Virus record (IMG/VR): IMGVR_UViG_3300037808_001421 | Location: 1,483 to 65,482 of that record | DNA length: 64,000 nt | Source of the DNA: a virus | Taxonomy: Duplodnaviria > Caudoviricetes | Direction: 5' to 3' (one strand) | Shown: positions 63,868 through 64,000 of the stretch, in pieces | Layout of the letters: each line of letters opens with the position of its first letter | Numbering within the stretch: the first letter of the stretch is position 1 | The notes under the pieces: model-generated | Seen by the model: the letters and a program-made list of their open reading frames with translations, nothing else | What the model was told of the DNA's origin: nothing | The model's database searches: none | Position numbers and translations under genes: made by a program

Positions 63868-64000
63868 GCGAGACAAAACAGATCACAATTCGGCTGCCGG
63901 CCGACGTCTACGTGGCGGCGATGGCCGCGGCGGAGCTCGACCGGCGCAAGCTCGCGACGTGGATCGCGCTCGCCATCGAGGCGGTGCTCGAGGCGGCGGC
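63864..64000 (+). CDS. Partial ribbon-helix-helix (Arc/CopG-like) protein
   Basis: GGAGG RBS; MSETKQITIRLPADVYVAAMAAAELDRRKLATWIALAIE. Confidence 0.65.
   Translation, partial: MSETKQITIRLPADVYVAAMAAAELDRRKLATWIALAIEAVLEAA

Noticed and set aside
1-64000. Frequent CTCGAG and GAGCTC hexamers
   Set aside because: Plausibly due to Leu-Glu and Glu-Leu codon pairs in a GC-rich genome; not counted, so no claim is made.

Overview
This 64 kb window looks like part of a large tailed dsDNA phage or provirus genome with a contractile tail (myovirus-like); no cellular housekeeping operon, rRNA, tRNA or CRISPR array was seen. About 1.5-18.3 kb is a minus-strand replication/recombination block: RusA, UvsY-like protein, Cas4-like nuclease, Hjc-like resolvase, RecA, HU, family A DNA polymerase, Zn-rich SSB-like protein, primase, DnaB-like helicase, UDG-like protein, SF2 helicase and an HTH protein. 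About 18.3-63 kb is a mostly plus-strand morphogenesis block: portal, a 2063-aa fused beta/beta-prime RNA polymerase, spike-like protein, large terminase, prohead-protease-like protein, scaffold-like proteins, major capsid, neck, sheath and tube. The most striking pattern is a K-x-[AG] motif (VKTA, EKLA, EKIA, KEA, KQA), often in an N-terminal leader like F/W-x-x-E-L-E-K-I-A. It recurs through head-region proteins and brackets glycine-zipper cassettes and enzyme domains (ATP-grasp, two permuted papain-like domains, an InPase-like domain). I infer a protease-processed capsid-cargo addressing system. Other observations: a lambda-type GGGAAAG -1 frameshift site outside tail genes, two classes of phage promoter (one probably giving leaderless GTG starts), and several small ORFs missed by the ORF track. 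All functional calls come from motif recognition by eye, with no database searches.
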